Shown here: positions 25,566-39,500 of the stretch, one piece after another
Layout: each line of letters starts with the position of its first letter
Numbering within the stretch: position 1 is the stretch's first letter
NCBI RefSeq assembly: GCF_001194135.2
Contig: NC_068982.1
Coordinates: 176,978,511-177,042,510, forward strand
Reading direction: 5' to 3'
DNA from: Octopus bimaculoides
Lineage: Eukaryota
DNA length: 64,000 nt
Notes under the pieces: generated by a model
The model's input: only the letters and a program-made list of their open reading frames with translations
The model's database searches: none
What the model was told of the DNA's origin: nothing
Position numbers and translations under genes: made by a program

Positions 25566-25792
25566 AACAATAAATACATATATACATACATAGAAGATTA
25601 TAAGTGTATGTTTGTGCATCAATATAAAGATATATTATGCAATAACTTAATGCCAATAAGAAATCGTTTAAGATAGAACACTTCCTTAAGTGTATTTGCC
25701 CATTTCTATTGATATTCCCATTGANNNNNNNNNNNNNNNNNNNNNNNNNNNNNNNNNNNNNNNNNNNNNNNNNNNNNNNNNNNNNNNNNNNN

Positions 25793-25839
<47 letters not shown>

Positions 25840-26505
25840 TTATAGATATGCAGATATATACACACAAGCATACATACGAACGCATGCACATGTACACACA
25901 CACAGACGCACACACTTTCACGGACACATATATGTATGTTCGTATGTATGCATATTTATATATTTCAGGTTCATAAAATTGTGTGACAACGACCACCAAC
26001 TAATCGTCTTAATACATTCACCGTCTTTCACTTCGTTATTTTGCTTTTTGCAATTATATATCACCCGATATTCCATATACTAATGGTGCAATGAATAATG
26101 CAACTTTCTAATTCACGCATTTTCAATAGATATGGATTATCATGACTTTCTTTATAGTTTATTATTTTCAATTTATTAAACCCATCAGTGTTGGAGAAGA
26201 ATATGCACGTAGAAATGTTAATGCATTTCTTGATGAGGATCCCTGCGATTATATACAGACAACACTTCAACAAAAAGATTGATATATGCATTGCTCTTTT
26301 GGTATTAGGTACATGGACGTGTAAGATTTTTCTTTTTCCTTTCTAACTAGCGGGAAATAAATGTGCGTCCCTAAAAGCTATATTTACATCGGGCTAACTA
26401 TCGTATGAGATATTCTAGCATTATCAATTCAGCAAACCTTTCATTCTAACCAATAGCACCAATAGAGGAAACATAAATACATATGTGTATCTAGCTGAGT
26501 TTTCG

Positions 26506-26566
<61 letters not shown>

Positions 26567-27587
26567 NNNNNNNNNNNNNNNNNNNNNNNNNNNNNNNNNN
26601 NNNNNNNNNNNNNNNNNNNNNNNNNNNNNNNNNNNNNNNNNNNNNNNNNNNNNNNNNNNNNNNNNNNNNNNNNNNNNNNNNNNNNNNNNNNNNNNNNNNN
26701 NNNNNNNNNNNNNNNNNNNNNNNNNNNNNNNNNNNNNNNNNNNNNNNNNNNNNNNNNNNNNNNNNNNNNNNNNNNNNNNNNNNNNNNNNNNNNNNNNNNN
26801 NNNNNNNNNNNNNNNNNNNNNNNNNNNNNNNNNNNNNNNNNNNNNNNNNNNNNNNNNNNNNNNNNNNNNNNNNNNNNNNNNNNNNNNNNNNNNNNNNNNN
26901 NNNNNNNNNNNNNNNNNNNNNNNNNNNNNNNNNNNNNNNNNNNNNNNNNNNNNNNNNNNNNNNNNNNNNNNNNNNNNNNNNNTATATATATATATATATG
27001 ATTTATGGCATATAATATATCATTTATCATTTACAAACAACAATTTTACAGGATTTACAAATATCTATAGAATATGTTATGTTTTGTTATTTATGTTTCA
27101 TAAATTTATATAAATGTAAGAATATGAAAAACTTGTATTTTTACATATTGCCATATTTAACATTTTACACCTGAAACCGCCTAATATATTTTAATATTTA
27201 TAAATATATGTCCACAAATGAACACAACACTCACGCGTGCGCACACACGTATGTATTATGCATATACCTTAATTTTATGTTTACTCCTACAGATTCCGGT
27301 TATTAGTATGATTGCAGGTTTATTTTCAACTGATTTCGTAGCCGTCTGTTTTCGAATTTGGTTCTAGTGAATCAGCGAGTTGGATACAATTGGCCTTATT
27401 TGCGTTTCTTGTCGAAATAAGGGTTCATCTTTTTTCTCAGATAACAATTTCTGTAAATGTTCTTTTAACACATGCATCTCTATTCTTTGTTGATAAGTTG
27501 TGGACACTTGGACCCAAATTTGTTACAGTATTACGAGCTTATTCTTCAGGGAGAGCGTGAGATATCTGGTATTATGCAATGTTACAT

Positions 27588-28261
27588 ACGCTGGGAACTG
27601 ATATAATTTCCAATCACAAAAGTAGGTGCTAATCATGAAGACAATTTGGTAGCTCGGTGTAAATTAAATCTTTTGTCAAATTGGGTGAAAATCTCTAGAA
27701 ATTTCTGAATTAACTTATATAAGCCGATTATCTGTTTTCCCTGGTCCAAAAGCCTAGGCAAGGCAAGTCCACCGGAAAGTTCATGATGATCTCTTTCGAT
27801 GGCATGTACATCATCTATGTTTACTTGATTCCTTCTGAGCAAAAGGCCAACAAAGAGTAAATTGTGGAGGTTCTGAGGGAGTTGAAGAAGAGATTTCGTC
27901 ATCAAAGGCCAGAGTACCTGTACCAGGGCAATACACCAGCCCACATTTCCATCCTGGTAAGCAACGACGTGATAGTGATGGAGATCAACATTTTGCCTCA
28001 TTTTCCTTATATAGCCCAGACCTTGCTCCCTGTGTGGTTTTGGTTCTTCCCCAAGCGAAAAAAGATGAAGGAGGCTATGAAAATTGTTCTGCAGTTTCAG
28101 AGACCATTTATTTTGAAACTTTATGTAAAAAATTGCTCTTGCATATCCTTCATTGTTCAACTACTAACAAATCACTAAATGCGCTACACATAGATTCACT
28201 CTATCACGAATTCATAAGTAACTGGTCTGAAGTGATGTGGCTATTATCAGATAAATTGTGA
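27588..28261 (+). mobile_element. Internally deleted, decayed mariner relic
   Basis: GKFMMISF..., VEVLRELKKRFRHQRP, YQGNTPAH (from HQDNAPAH) and PYSPDLAPC across a frameshift. Weak TIR-like ends TACGCTGGGAACTGATA and TATCAG...TGTGA. Confidence 0.75.
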
Positions 28262-29043
28262 AGGTTACCTCTGCACAAAACAAAACCATTATCAAGTGGT
28301 AACAGGCAATTCCTAATACAAATACTGTGTAATTATGACTGCGGTTGAAACCATATAATTTTTATAAGTGAAATTAATATGTTTAGACGTAAGGAAATAT
28401 CTATATTTTAAAATATTCATTGAATATTATTCCTCATGTAATATTGATATAAATATCTTTTATATTAAAATGTATGTATATAATACACTACAGATGGCTT
28501 AAAAACAAATGATGTTTTGTGATTTTTTAAACATTTCCTATTCAATGAGCTGTATTATTTAAAACCTAAAAGATGCGTAAATTAAAATAATTAAGATTCA
28601 TCAGATTAGCAATATATTTTTGGTAGTGACTAGGTAATACGAACACTGGACTGTGTAGTTTCGAATGTACTCGTGAACATATATAAGCATTGTCGAGGAA
28701 AAGTTTTTATATTAGTGGATGTGTGAAACTAAGAGGATATGAGGAGATAATTCTGGTGCTAATACATTTACGAATTTCAAAAATGCATTCAGTATATTAA
28801 GTTAAGTATTAAGTTTTGTGTTTCAAAATTTAAAGTTTTAACTGAAATTAATTAACTGTCAAACCTTTCCGGAATTGTTTCAAAACAATCCGTTTGTGTG
28901 AACTATAAGTTTGAAGTTGTGTGGCCCGTTGTTGGGATGTTCGACTCAGAATAGTAAGGTGGCATGTAAATTTCTAGAGCAATACATTTCCCGCTGTCTT
29001 GGTATACATCGCTGAAATAAATACCTGCCAGCTATTGTTTCAG

Positions 29044-29071
29044 CCCTCTGTCCCACCGGCTATCGCATCAG
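29044..29071 (+). other. Candidate 28-nt exon (unsupported by homology)
   Basis: ttgtttcag|CCCTCTGTCCCACCGGCTATCGCATCAG|gtatgt inside a locally GC-rich, non-repeat patch. All three frames are open. Confidence 0.2.
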
Positions 29072-30712
29072 GTATGTCTCGCTGAGTCAAGGGTAACGGA
29101 TATGAAACAGAGTCTTTGTTGGTCCAAAACTGCATACGTACTTGAAGCAATTAAAGAATGCATGATACATGAGTGAAAATGTATTCATTTGAGAGTGAAG
29201 GCTGCTTGCCCAGGATTAAATCTGCTAGGAAGAGGAATCTGATGATATTAATAAAAAATCCATTATAGAGGTGATACGATATCAACTTTTTTGATGAAAA
29301 TGAACGCTCTGGAATGTAAAGACAATGTGAATAATTTTAAATCAATATAAGTTTGTATTAGAAATGCATACAACATCTTATAATTGTTCTGTGTGTAAAG
29401 CGATGAATATATTACATTTGCATTTCAATGTAACATTAAACATTTTTTTAAAAATTGGATCACGTATAGATCTGAGACATAGTTCTAAACGTTGTCTAAA
29501 CTGCGATGTTATAAAACTTGTTTGTGCTTAAAACGTGGTTGTCAGTTTATAAAATATATATCTTAAAATGAAATTATCCTTCAGATGTTTGCCCCATATT
29601 AGTGATACATGTGCTAAAATAGTATTACAGAAATTTCCTATACGCTGAGACTACAGAATCATATAATGAAATAATATATAAAACATTTGTTATCAAATTA
29701 TAGATAGAATGTGAAATTTAATACATTTGTGTACAATGTAGAATATAAATTAGTATAATGTAAACTTGAAATGGATTCAAATAATCTGGAATCATAATTT
29801 GATATGAGCGTATGTAATCAGTTTACTTAAAGATAGTGAAATCAAGTCGTAAAAATGTCGACTATTGTAATATAAATATAATGAAACTTCAATTCAGGTT
29901 TTAATATGAATTTGTAGGTTGTAAATTTAATAAGAAAATAGAATGGAATTGCAGACAATAATTGGGTCTGAGTTTAAACAATTAAACAAATATATAGAAA
30001 AGTTGAAACTCTAACATAAATTTTGTTCTTTGTCAGTTACAATTACGTAGTTCCTCCAGTTTTTATAACGAAGTCGACAATTTATATTGGTGAAAATAAC
30101 AAATGTTTGTTCTGTCTTGGGAAGGTTATTACGCCAATAATAATAACACACACACACTGGTTTAATATCACTGTTTTATTGTTAGTCAATTGGTTAAATT
30201 TTTACGTAAATAACTAAATGATCGTTTGTTTAATCGGTTGTTCGTTAGTCAAAGTCCCTTCGTCGCTAATCGCGACCTTTCCAGTGACATGTCCTCTTTC
30301 TTCAAGATCTGCTCTGCATCTGTCCGAGAATTGAGTTTATGGCCTGTGTATATGCATGCCTGTATGTGTGTATGTAGATGTGTGTTTGCTTAGAAGAAAA
30401 AGATGAAATGAAACGAAGAGTTTGCAAGTGCGTATATGCGCGTGCGTGTGTGCGCTCGCTTGTGTGTGTGTGGTTGTGTTTATACTCGCATCACTGCATG
30501 TAAGTGTATCTATGTGTTTGTGAGTGGATGTGCATTAGGCATCCGTATACTTTTTAAGGTTACAACCATTTGCTCATGGTTCCGTCTCAAATTGTTAATT
30601 CTCATCGGTGGCTCTTACCGCACCTACAGTTAGACTCCACTCACCTTGTCAGTTTATAAGACATCCATCCGTTAAACTCATACGCTGATTTCAAAAACGG
30701 TAAAAGTGAAAA

Positions 30713-31181
30713 CTACATATAATATTGGTGGCGTATTAGCAATTTAACAAGATAAAGGCAAAATGATAAACATTACTAACGTGAAAGAGAGTACTAAGTA
30801 GTACCAGCATTGCTAGAAATAAAAATCAAAACAACTCAATAGTCACAGATAGCACCATCTTAATGACTGAGAAGGGCGACAAGTTCCCTATAACAACGAG
30901 ATCTTGAATTTTGGTGTTAGAGCATCTTAATTCTCATCGGTAGCTTTTACCGCGCCTAGGGTTAGAGTCAACTCACCTTGTCAATTCATAAAATATCCGT
31001 TGAACTCATACAGTGATTTCAAAAACATCATTCGTTAAGATAGTCCTATCTGTGGTTATGGAGTTATTTTGACTCTTACTTCGAGCAATGCTGGTACTAC
31101 TTAGTACCCTCTGTCATGTTAGTGACGTCTATAATTTTGCTTTAAGCTGTTAAATTGGTAATAAGTCATTCATATTATGTA
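30713..31181. mobile_element. MITE-like element with ~150-bp imperfect TIRs
   Basis: 30715-30870 is inverted at 31030-31181 (GAGTACTAAGTAGTACCAGCATTGCT vs AGCAATGCTGGTACTACTTAGTAC). Ends are TA-rich. Confidence 0.7.
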
Positions 31182-31332
31182 TATATATATATATATTTAT
31201 TTATATATATNNNNNNNNNNNNNNNNNNNNNNNNNNNNNNNNNNNNNNNNNNNNNNNNNNNNNNNNNNNNNNTATATATATACATAATAGATGGATAGAT
31301 AGACAGACAGACAGGTAGATAGATAGACAGAC

Positions 31333-31403
<71 letters not shown>

Positions 31404-33039
31404 CAGACATACTATATTGAGTGACTACTATATATATATATATATTCAAGAAACTACCATATATATTCAAGAGACTACCAAAACCGTTCACACTTTTGAT
31501 TTTCAGAAAGTCTATAAAGGAACACCAAGACGAATATTTTAAATTTATCTGATCGTCCGTTTGATATTCTTCAATATATTCAATAATTATGATCTATATC
31601 TTGGAGCTAATATTAAAAAAAAACTTATTAGTGAAATATTACATCCAAAGAATTAATATAATGTTTCATCTATATATGTGCTCTCATTCACTTTTGAGGA
31701 ATCTATTCTTAAAGGGATCAGATAAGAATATTTATAACAACCAATGCAACTTGTTTCAAGCATTAAAAAGTGTAACAACATTATTGATCGCTTGTATTAA
31801 CAATGTCTTGGATTTCTGAGCAAACCCGAGAATGAGTTGTAAATTACTGGCCAATTGATTTGTGACGGTACATATCATATAATTTGTTCTGCTAATGAGT
31901 TAGGACAAGGTATGGACAATACCACCTCTGATTGACGTCATCCTTAAAATAGACACATTTGAACTTATTGTCCATAGAAATAATAATATATCTCTATAGT
32001 TTGATAAAAGCAAACAAAAATCGAAAGAAATAGAAATACGCCCTGACATTAAATTATACATTTATCAAATAATTAAAATGATATTGCGTAGTGGAATTTG
32101 TTTACTGGTCAATGCTCTATTTCAGGATAGACACTAATTAAATATATTTACACGAGATGACTTCACACTGAACGACTAGATTGTAGATTCTATAATTTTT
32201 ATTGATGCTACACTGACAGTGCTTCATATCATTTTGCTGATTCATAATAGAACACAGTACGCACATAAAAGATAATCAATATTTACTTAGTATTTTCTTT
32301 CAAGTCTTGAATTTTGGAATAATATTAAATCCTCATATCTAATATATTTTCTACCTTCTCCCGATGTCATAAAATGTGAACAAAGAATTTAGAAAGGGAA
32401 AAATTAACCAAGCTAGCTGCAAGTAATATCAACAATAAAGGTCACGCCAGTATATCTTAATCCGTATATTACCCTAACATATATAGCAAATAGGTATCTA
32501 GATTCCGATGGAGGCTTGTATGTATTCCAGAAGATAGCCAATGAAACTTTAAAAATCGCGTAATGAATTAATAATTTAAGACACACCCACACACACATTC
32601 ATTAACGCACACCTGAAGCCAATCTCTGTCCCTGTGTCTGTCAGTCGTCACAAAAATGTATGTATACTGACAGACCCATACACCGTCACACACATATACT
32701 TGTCGGTCATCGATCTAACATGGGTAACGAAGGCGCGAATACACTTATATAGAAAATGTGACGTCATTGTCATTGTGGTGATGATATGAAATATCGTTTA
32801 CGATTGGTGACTAAAACAAAAATGACAATGTTAAATGTTTGTAATGCAAATATGTGAATGAAAAAATAGTTTAGTTGGTAGCCAAAAGCCTACTGATTCT
32901 TTTGATACCCCAATAAGTCAAAATGGGCAACTTGGTTTTGGAATGCATAAGGAACATACGCACACATACACACATACACACATACACACACACACAAATG
33001 TTCTTTTATAGATATAGATATATGTCTATATATTCTTTT

Positions 33040-33797
33040 ATTCCTTTATTTGTTTAAGCAATTTGTCTGGGGACATGCTGGAGCACCGCCTCAAAGGATT
33101 TTTTTTAGTCGAACAAATCGACCTCATAAATTATTTCAAACCTAATACTGGTTCTATCGGTCTCTTTTACCGAACTGCTAAATTACGAGGACGTAAACAC
33201 CTCAACACTTGTTGTCGAGCAATGATGTGGGTGTAAACACAGACATAAAGACACAAACATAAAGATACATACGTACATATACACATATATACACATACAC
33301 ACACACATATACACATATATATATATATATATGGTGAGATACATGTATCATCTGTCTCCATATGTTGTGGTACCGCCACGATATTGTGACGGATGGTTTA
33401 GATACATTGTTTGTAAAAGTGCTGTAAAAGTAAACAAGATAACGATGTAGTGGTGATAACAACGTAACGATCCAACAATGTCTTCACGAAACAACAATCA
33501 ATATTCTAAGCGAACTAACCAACCGACACCTTCTCACTTCACTGCGAACTCAAGTTGTACTAACACCCAAACTTTACTCCTGCTGCCTCTATTTATAATC
33601 GCACGCTCCAGTCTATTTCTCCCAAGGGGGCGTATACTATCATCACAATTGTATACAACGGGCTTCTTTAAGTTTCCCTCTACTGAATCCGCTCATATGG
33701 CTTTGGTCGGCCCGAGGCTAGAGTAGAAAACGCTCCCCCATGGTGCCACGCAATGGGACTAAGCCCGGCACCATATGCTTTGGAAGCAAGCTACTAT
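33040..33797 (-). mobile_element. SINE family B copy interrupted by an LTR-like insertion
   Basis: Tail 33040-33230, microsatellite to ~33332 and head 33650-33797 all match 34124-34571. The interval 33333-33647 is foreign. Confidence 0.75.
33385..33647 (-). mobile_element. Probable LTR (263 bp) with adjacent PBS-like motif
   Basis: TG...CA ends with inverted termini TGTGATG/CGTCACA on minus, TATAAATAG at 33589-33597, and TGGCGGTACCAC 6 nt downstream (33367-33378). No TSD found. Confidence 0.45.
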
Positions 33798-34123
33798 ATT
33801 TCATTAAAACAACTTAAAACAGTTCGAATCCTTACAAAAAATTACAAAAAAGAAAAAGGCAATACGACTGGAAGCAAACTTCTTGCGGAAGCAAACTTCT
33901 TGCGGAAGCAAGCTTCTTATCATACGCAGAAGCCTGCGAGTATGCTGCACAGGCACTCAACTCTGAATGGCTGCTTTTAACACAAACAGCTGTAAGGTAA
34001 TGAACGCGATTATATAATTCCTGTTCCCCTGTCATTTGATAATTACGCTCTGTATTCGCCCAACACATCGTTATACCTAAGAGAAATGACAATGTGTGTG
34101 TGTGTTTGCGTCTATACATATGC

Positions 34124-34571
34124 TCTTTACTCTTTTACTTGTTTCAGTCATTTGACTGCGAACATCCTGGAGCAACGCCTTTAGTCGAGCAAATCGACCC
34201 CAGGACTTATTCATTGTAAGCTTAGTACTTATTCTATCGGTCTCTTTTGCCGAACCGCTAAGAGACGAGAATATAAACANNNNNNNNNNCTCTTTTGCCG
34301 AACCGCTAAGAGACGAGAATATAAACACACCAGCATCGGTTGTCAAGCAATGCTAAGGGGACAAATACAGACACACAAACATACACACACACATATATAC
34401 ATTATCTACGACGGGCTTCGTTCAGTTTCCGTCTACCTAATCTACTCACAAGGCTTTGGTCGACCCAAGGCTATAGTAGAAGACACTTGTTCAAGATGTC
34501 ACGGAGTGGGACTGAACCCGGAACCATGTGGTTGGTAAGCTAACTACTTAGCACACATCCACTCCTGCGCC
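34124..34571 (-). mobile_element. tRNA-derived SINE family B, full length
   Basis: Minus head GGCGCAGGAGTGGATGTGTG...GGTTCCGGGTTCAGTCCC (A/B boxes), internal CA/TA tract and tail ending AAGTAAAAGAGTAAAGAG. TSD-like CTATACATRTG on both sides. Confidence 0.9.
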
Positions 34572-35280
34572 TATACATGTGGATCGAATGGATTCTTTGC
34601 AATGCCTACAAATGTTTCCTTAAGAAATTTTATTGTAATATAACCTTATGCAAATAGGTATGTACAGACAATATCGATAATATTATGCAATACATTCGAT
34701 TCCATCCTTGAAACATTCAGATTGTACCATAATTTCAATATATAAATAATGATATTCTGCTATTTTGAAGTGCTTTGTAGCATATTAAGTATCAAAAGAA
34801 TATATTACTAATTCAAATATGAAAGTAAGCTGATTTCAATCAGTTAATTAGAACTTTATGTAGTGTCACCAAGATGCTCAGTGAATTGAGAGCAGAAAAT
34901 GTGTGTGCCCAGCTGTAAAATCGGAGATATAAGTGAAGCGTGGGTGTCTGTTATGGAAAGCGTAAAAAGAGTATAAATACAAGGAAAAAGTGAAAACACA
35001 GAATCGTTGGGCCTTTATTATCTACGAAAAGTGGCGACAGCTATCCAATACAGACACTATCTATGCTTGAAGTATGCAGTAGAGGCTATTAGCCAAAGAG
35101 ACAATACATTCAATTATATTGTATAGTGTGTGGTGCATTGTTTGTTATATATATGCTGACAAGTTAAGCGTTAAATTGATGTTCTCCATTTTAACAATAT
35201 AGAAATATTTTCAATTTAATTACCGCAAATTATAAACGAATAAATTGTAGCAAAACGAGTAATAAATAAAGTATCCAACC

Positions 35281-36518
35281 CCCGAGCATTCAAAAAAGAA
35301 AACTATTTTGTACATTTCAAAAATGTTATACAAACTCCTTCAAAATATTCCCCTTGGAAGATCACAAACTTCTAACGTTTCTACCACTGCTGGAAACACT
35401 TCTGTGAGGCTTTCTCTGAAATGCTAAAAGAGCTCTGCCGTCGATTTTCTCATAGTTTTCTCTCACGATTCAAATCGCTTTACTTTCAGCTAGGTTTTTC
35501 AGTTTGCAGAAAAACAAGAAGTCACACGGTGACGACACTGGAGTGTAGGGTGCGTGTTGAACAAATAGGTGCTCTTGATCAGAGAAGCTCGGATTATGTG
35601 GGTGAAATTAGCAGACGCATTGTCGTGGTGAAGTTGTCAATTCGTCTCCCACCACATGCCCGAATGCATTCGACGCACAGCATCGCGATGGCAACGTATA
35701 ACCTCCGAGCGGTATTCCTTATTGATTGTTTGCCCTTGCGCTGCGTATTCATGATGCACAGGAATCATAGAATCATGTCAACATTACCTTCACATTGCTG
35801 CGAACCTATCGTGCTTTTTGGGGTCCTTGGTGATGACGGATGCTTTCATTACGAAAACTGGAATCTGGTTTCAGGGTCATAACCATAAATATGTCTCATC
35901 ACCTGCGATGATGGCCTTCATGATGTCTGGATCATGCTTTTGCACAGTCCAGCATGTCCTGAGCGGTGTTACTCCGCCAGCACCTTGGAGACGAACATCG
36001 TCGACACACTCTGCTTACACAAACCTGCGGCTAAAATGGAATGCACTGATACTGTGTTTATTCCCACTTCGAGAGTACTTTCCTATGTTCTTATGTGACG
36101 GTTTGAATCGGCTCCTCGTTTCGGTTTGTAGATGGCTTGTCTGCGCTCTCCAATGAAGTGCGGCCATGTTTGAAGCGGATGTGCCACCCGTACTGAGATT
36201 TTGTCGTTATCGGCAAGGGCTTGCTGAATCTTCTGCATGGCTTGAGCTTGAGTATCACTAACCTTTTGGCAAAACTAGATGCAATATCTCTGCTCGATGC
36301 ATTCATCTATCGCACTTGAAAACGAAAATCCGACGAGCCCGCACTACACGCCTATACTCCAGGCGTAACGTATGAGCACTGGTACGGCGAACCGATGCGC
36401 AAATTTTCACACACGCGAAGGAAGGGTGACATCACCTTCCACGTAAAGGAATTTGCTCATGCAGCATCAGTTTTCGCGGGAAAAATTAAAACGTGCTGCA
36501 TTTTGAAATCATCCCGTA
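35281..36518 (-). mobile_element. Full-length decayed mariner (DD34D-type) relic
   Basis: Minus frames give IEQRYCIxFCQK, WHIRFKHGRTSLES, GDETYLWL..ETRFQFS (first D), HHDNAS, and a C-terminus with FQKCFQQW..GEYFEG. Degenerate TIRs at both ends. ~1.24 kb. Confidence 0.85.
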
Positions 36519-39500
36519 TATCAAATTAATACATAAGGAATTTGGAAACATTTTATTAGAGAAAGACATTAACTCTTTGAAATAAGCATTAATTAAAATA
36601 CCTAGAACAAAACTGTAACAATAGTTAATACAGAAATACAGATTGCGACACAAATATAGTGAAATAGCAGATGCCGATAAATTTGATTGGTTCGGGCACA
36701 TTCTAAATACATGAAATTTAGATATTAGCAGTTCTAATAGTAGTTCTAACAGGCATTCAATTCATAGACATATTATACTACTTTAATTTAATTACAGGAA
36801 TTAATGATTTAAGTTAAAATTCTGACAAACTGGTTACTTTTAATTTATGAATGAAAATAACGATAGTTTATAAGTAGAAAAATAATGAATAGTCATACTA
36901 AAACGTATTTAGATTAATTATGAAATTATTTCACTCCGAATCAGAACAATATTCGTATAATCAATATAAATTATAAATTGATTTATAAGTTAATTAATTC
37001 AATAATTAAATGATTTAATAAAGGAAATTATCATCTTGTCTTAATTAGAAAAAGTGATGTGTTACAAAGAAGCTTAATATCAAAACTAGAGAAAATAATA
37101 CAAATATGAAAAATGATATTTGCAAATATAAAAAATATTCTACTCATCTTATTTTATTTTCGCAACCAGTTCGATGTTGATCAAACAATAAAATAGTGTA
37201 TGCTCAGTTTATCTAAATAAAATTTATTTCTATTGTTTGTAGTAGGCTCTCTACATTATAAAATACTTTTTTAAATTATGTTCCTTACACGGCAAGAATT
37301 TACTTTAAGAACAAGTTTAATGTGTAGAAGAGTTCTGCAAATCGAATGTGGAGTTTTTTTAATTCTTAGTTCATCAAATTTATTAATAATGAAATTTGCA
37401 CACACTAAAATTTCCAATATATATACATGTATATATACAATTTATATATACAAACTAATATATATACATGTACAAACTGTTACTCAGAGAGACTTCCACA
37501 TGACAGATCATCAGACAGTCATAATAATATTTTCAATACGCATTATCGCGACTGTTTGACGAACGGTCACGTGAAACGCTGAGTAGAAGTTTGTACTGTT
37601 TGTGTGTGTGTGTGTGTATGTGCCCGCCATCCTGCGTGTGTGTGCATGCGTAGCTTCTTTTCTGAGCATTTCCTATCTAAGTAATAAATATAAATTTCAC
37701 CATTTTGCGGGATTTGCGAAGTGATCAGTACTGTTATAACATGACCCAAATACACGGCAAAACAAAAGACAATATCTCAGTTAGGGGTTGTTTTGTTGAG
37801 GTGATTAATTTTGAAATTTACTTTAACACATTCTCCAATGCATCGTCTTTGATTAGTAGTTTCTTTTATCGATTCCAAATGAATAGAAGGAAAAATGGCA
37901 TTTGTTATAATGTTTGTCATGTTCCATGACAAAAGATATATGGCGTAAAGATTGGTAAACAATAGTAAAACTTTCCTCTCTGTCTGTGTTTGCATTAAAC
38001 AGAGTTGAATTACTATGAATGCATAGAAAAATAGTTTCTAGTTATTTTTGAAGTAGAATATCGGCTATTATCTCCATCATTTCGTAGTTTGTAGAACACG
38101 TGTGTGCGATTTAATGTATTGATACGTGATGAGCTGCAACACGTGTAATGGGGAGATATTTTCTACAAAACTGATGAATGGCACATACCCACTTGACATA
38201 ACGCGACCATCTGTAAAGATTGTATTATTTTCCTGTATACGCAATCTCTTCAAAAGTGTATCACTTGTAAGATTTATTAAAGCTGCTGTGGTGTGAAACA
38301 ATGACGCCTCACTGCTGTGTAACCAGCAAGTAATTCGTTCTGTTATAATGTGACCACTGGTAATTAAACAATGAATAAGTTTAAGGTGCTAACAGTGGTG
38401 TTAATCTGGAATATTGATTAAGTCGTACCACCTACGTAGGCCTTAGCAGGATTTGATCTCACAACACAAGTAGCCGGAAAAGAATCATGAGATATCTTTT
38501 CTGGCACTTTTACACTTTCTCCAATGCATCGTCTTTGATTACTAGTTTCTTTTATCGATTCCAAAAGAATAGAAGGAAAAACTGACCTCAGCAACCCCAG
38601 TGAAATAATTTAATTCGGTTTCAGAAATATAACAATCAATAAGAAATATAACTTCTGAAGTATAACACACAATGGCGATCCTAGAGTGGGAGAAAATTAA
38701 TAATATAATGCGTTTTCTCTTGCGTTATAGATTTTCCCAATTTTCTGGCACTTTTTGCAATAATATTGCTTCTTATGTTGGCATAAGCCCTTATACCGAA
38801 AGAAAGTAAGCAGTCGATTAAATCTTCAAAAGTGTCTACTCCATCAACTACGGGAAAGGAACAAACGGGGAAGTTTCTGCTTCATTGCACCATCTGTTGA
38901 AAACAGTCGCCAAATTTTTATCAATCTGCACCCACCCATCTTATGAAGAAACAGATTGTATTTTTCCTGTGTACCTTGTGCAGGGTAAAACCTGCATGAT
39001 CATGTCTGGATTGTCTTTGATGATGTCTTTTCGTTCAAGGTTCCAGTGGAGTTATGCAACAAACACAGCAATCAGGAATATTGAAAAACATCTGTTGATA
39101 GCAGAGCGAATTGAACTCGCAAAGAAAATTATCGTTAGATATACGCAGAAAATATAGGAAATTTTAATCTTGAATTTGATTCACTAACACTTCTGGTCTT
39201 CTGGACAGGAAGAATGCAACTTAAAATATTGTAATTTTCTATGGTAGTAGTTAGAGTAATGATATCGCTCGATGCCCTATTGATCGAGTGATGTCATTTT
39301 TGAAGCTATAGTATTCACACAAACGAATGCTTTATGGAGTCGTATCCAATCAATATTTCCAAATGTGATGATCGTAGAAGCAGAGATAGAGATAATTTCC
39401 GGGTAAGCTAGCTTACACTTTATTTTTTTATTTATTTATTCAATAGTCTTTTACGCAGTTACCCTTTACAATGATATAATACTATATAATTTCCTTCTAT

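Noticed and set aside
28266-28309. 44-nt minus-strand exon candidate (tag|GAATTG...GCAGAG|gtaacc)
   Set aside because: Splice signals are plausible, but there is no partner exon or homology and it sits at a transposon edge.
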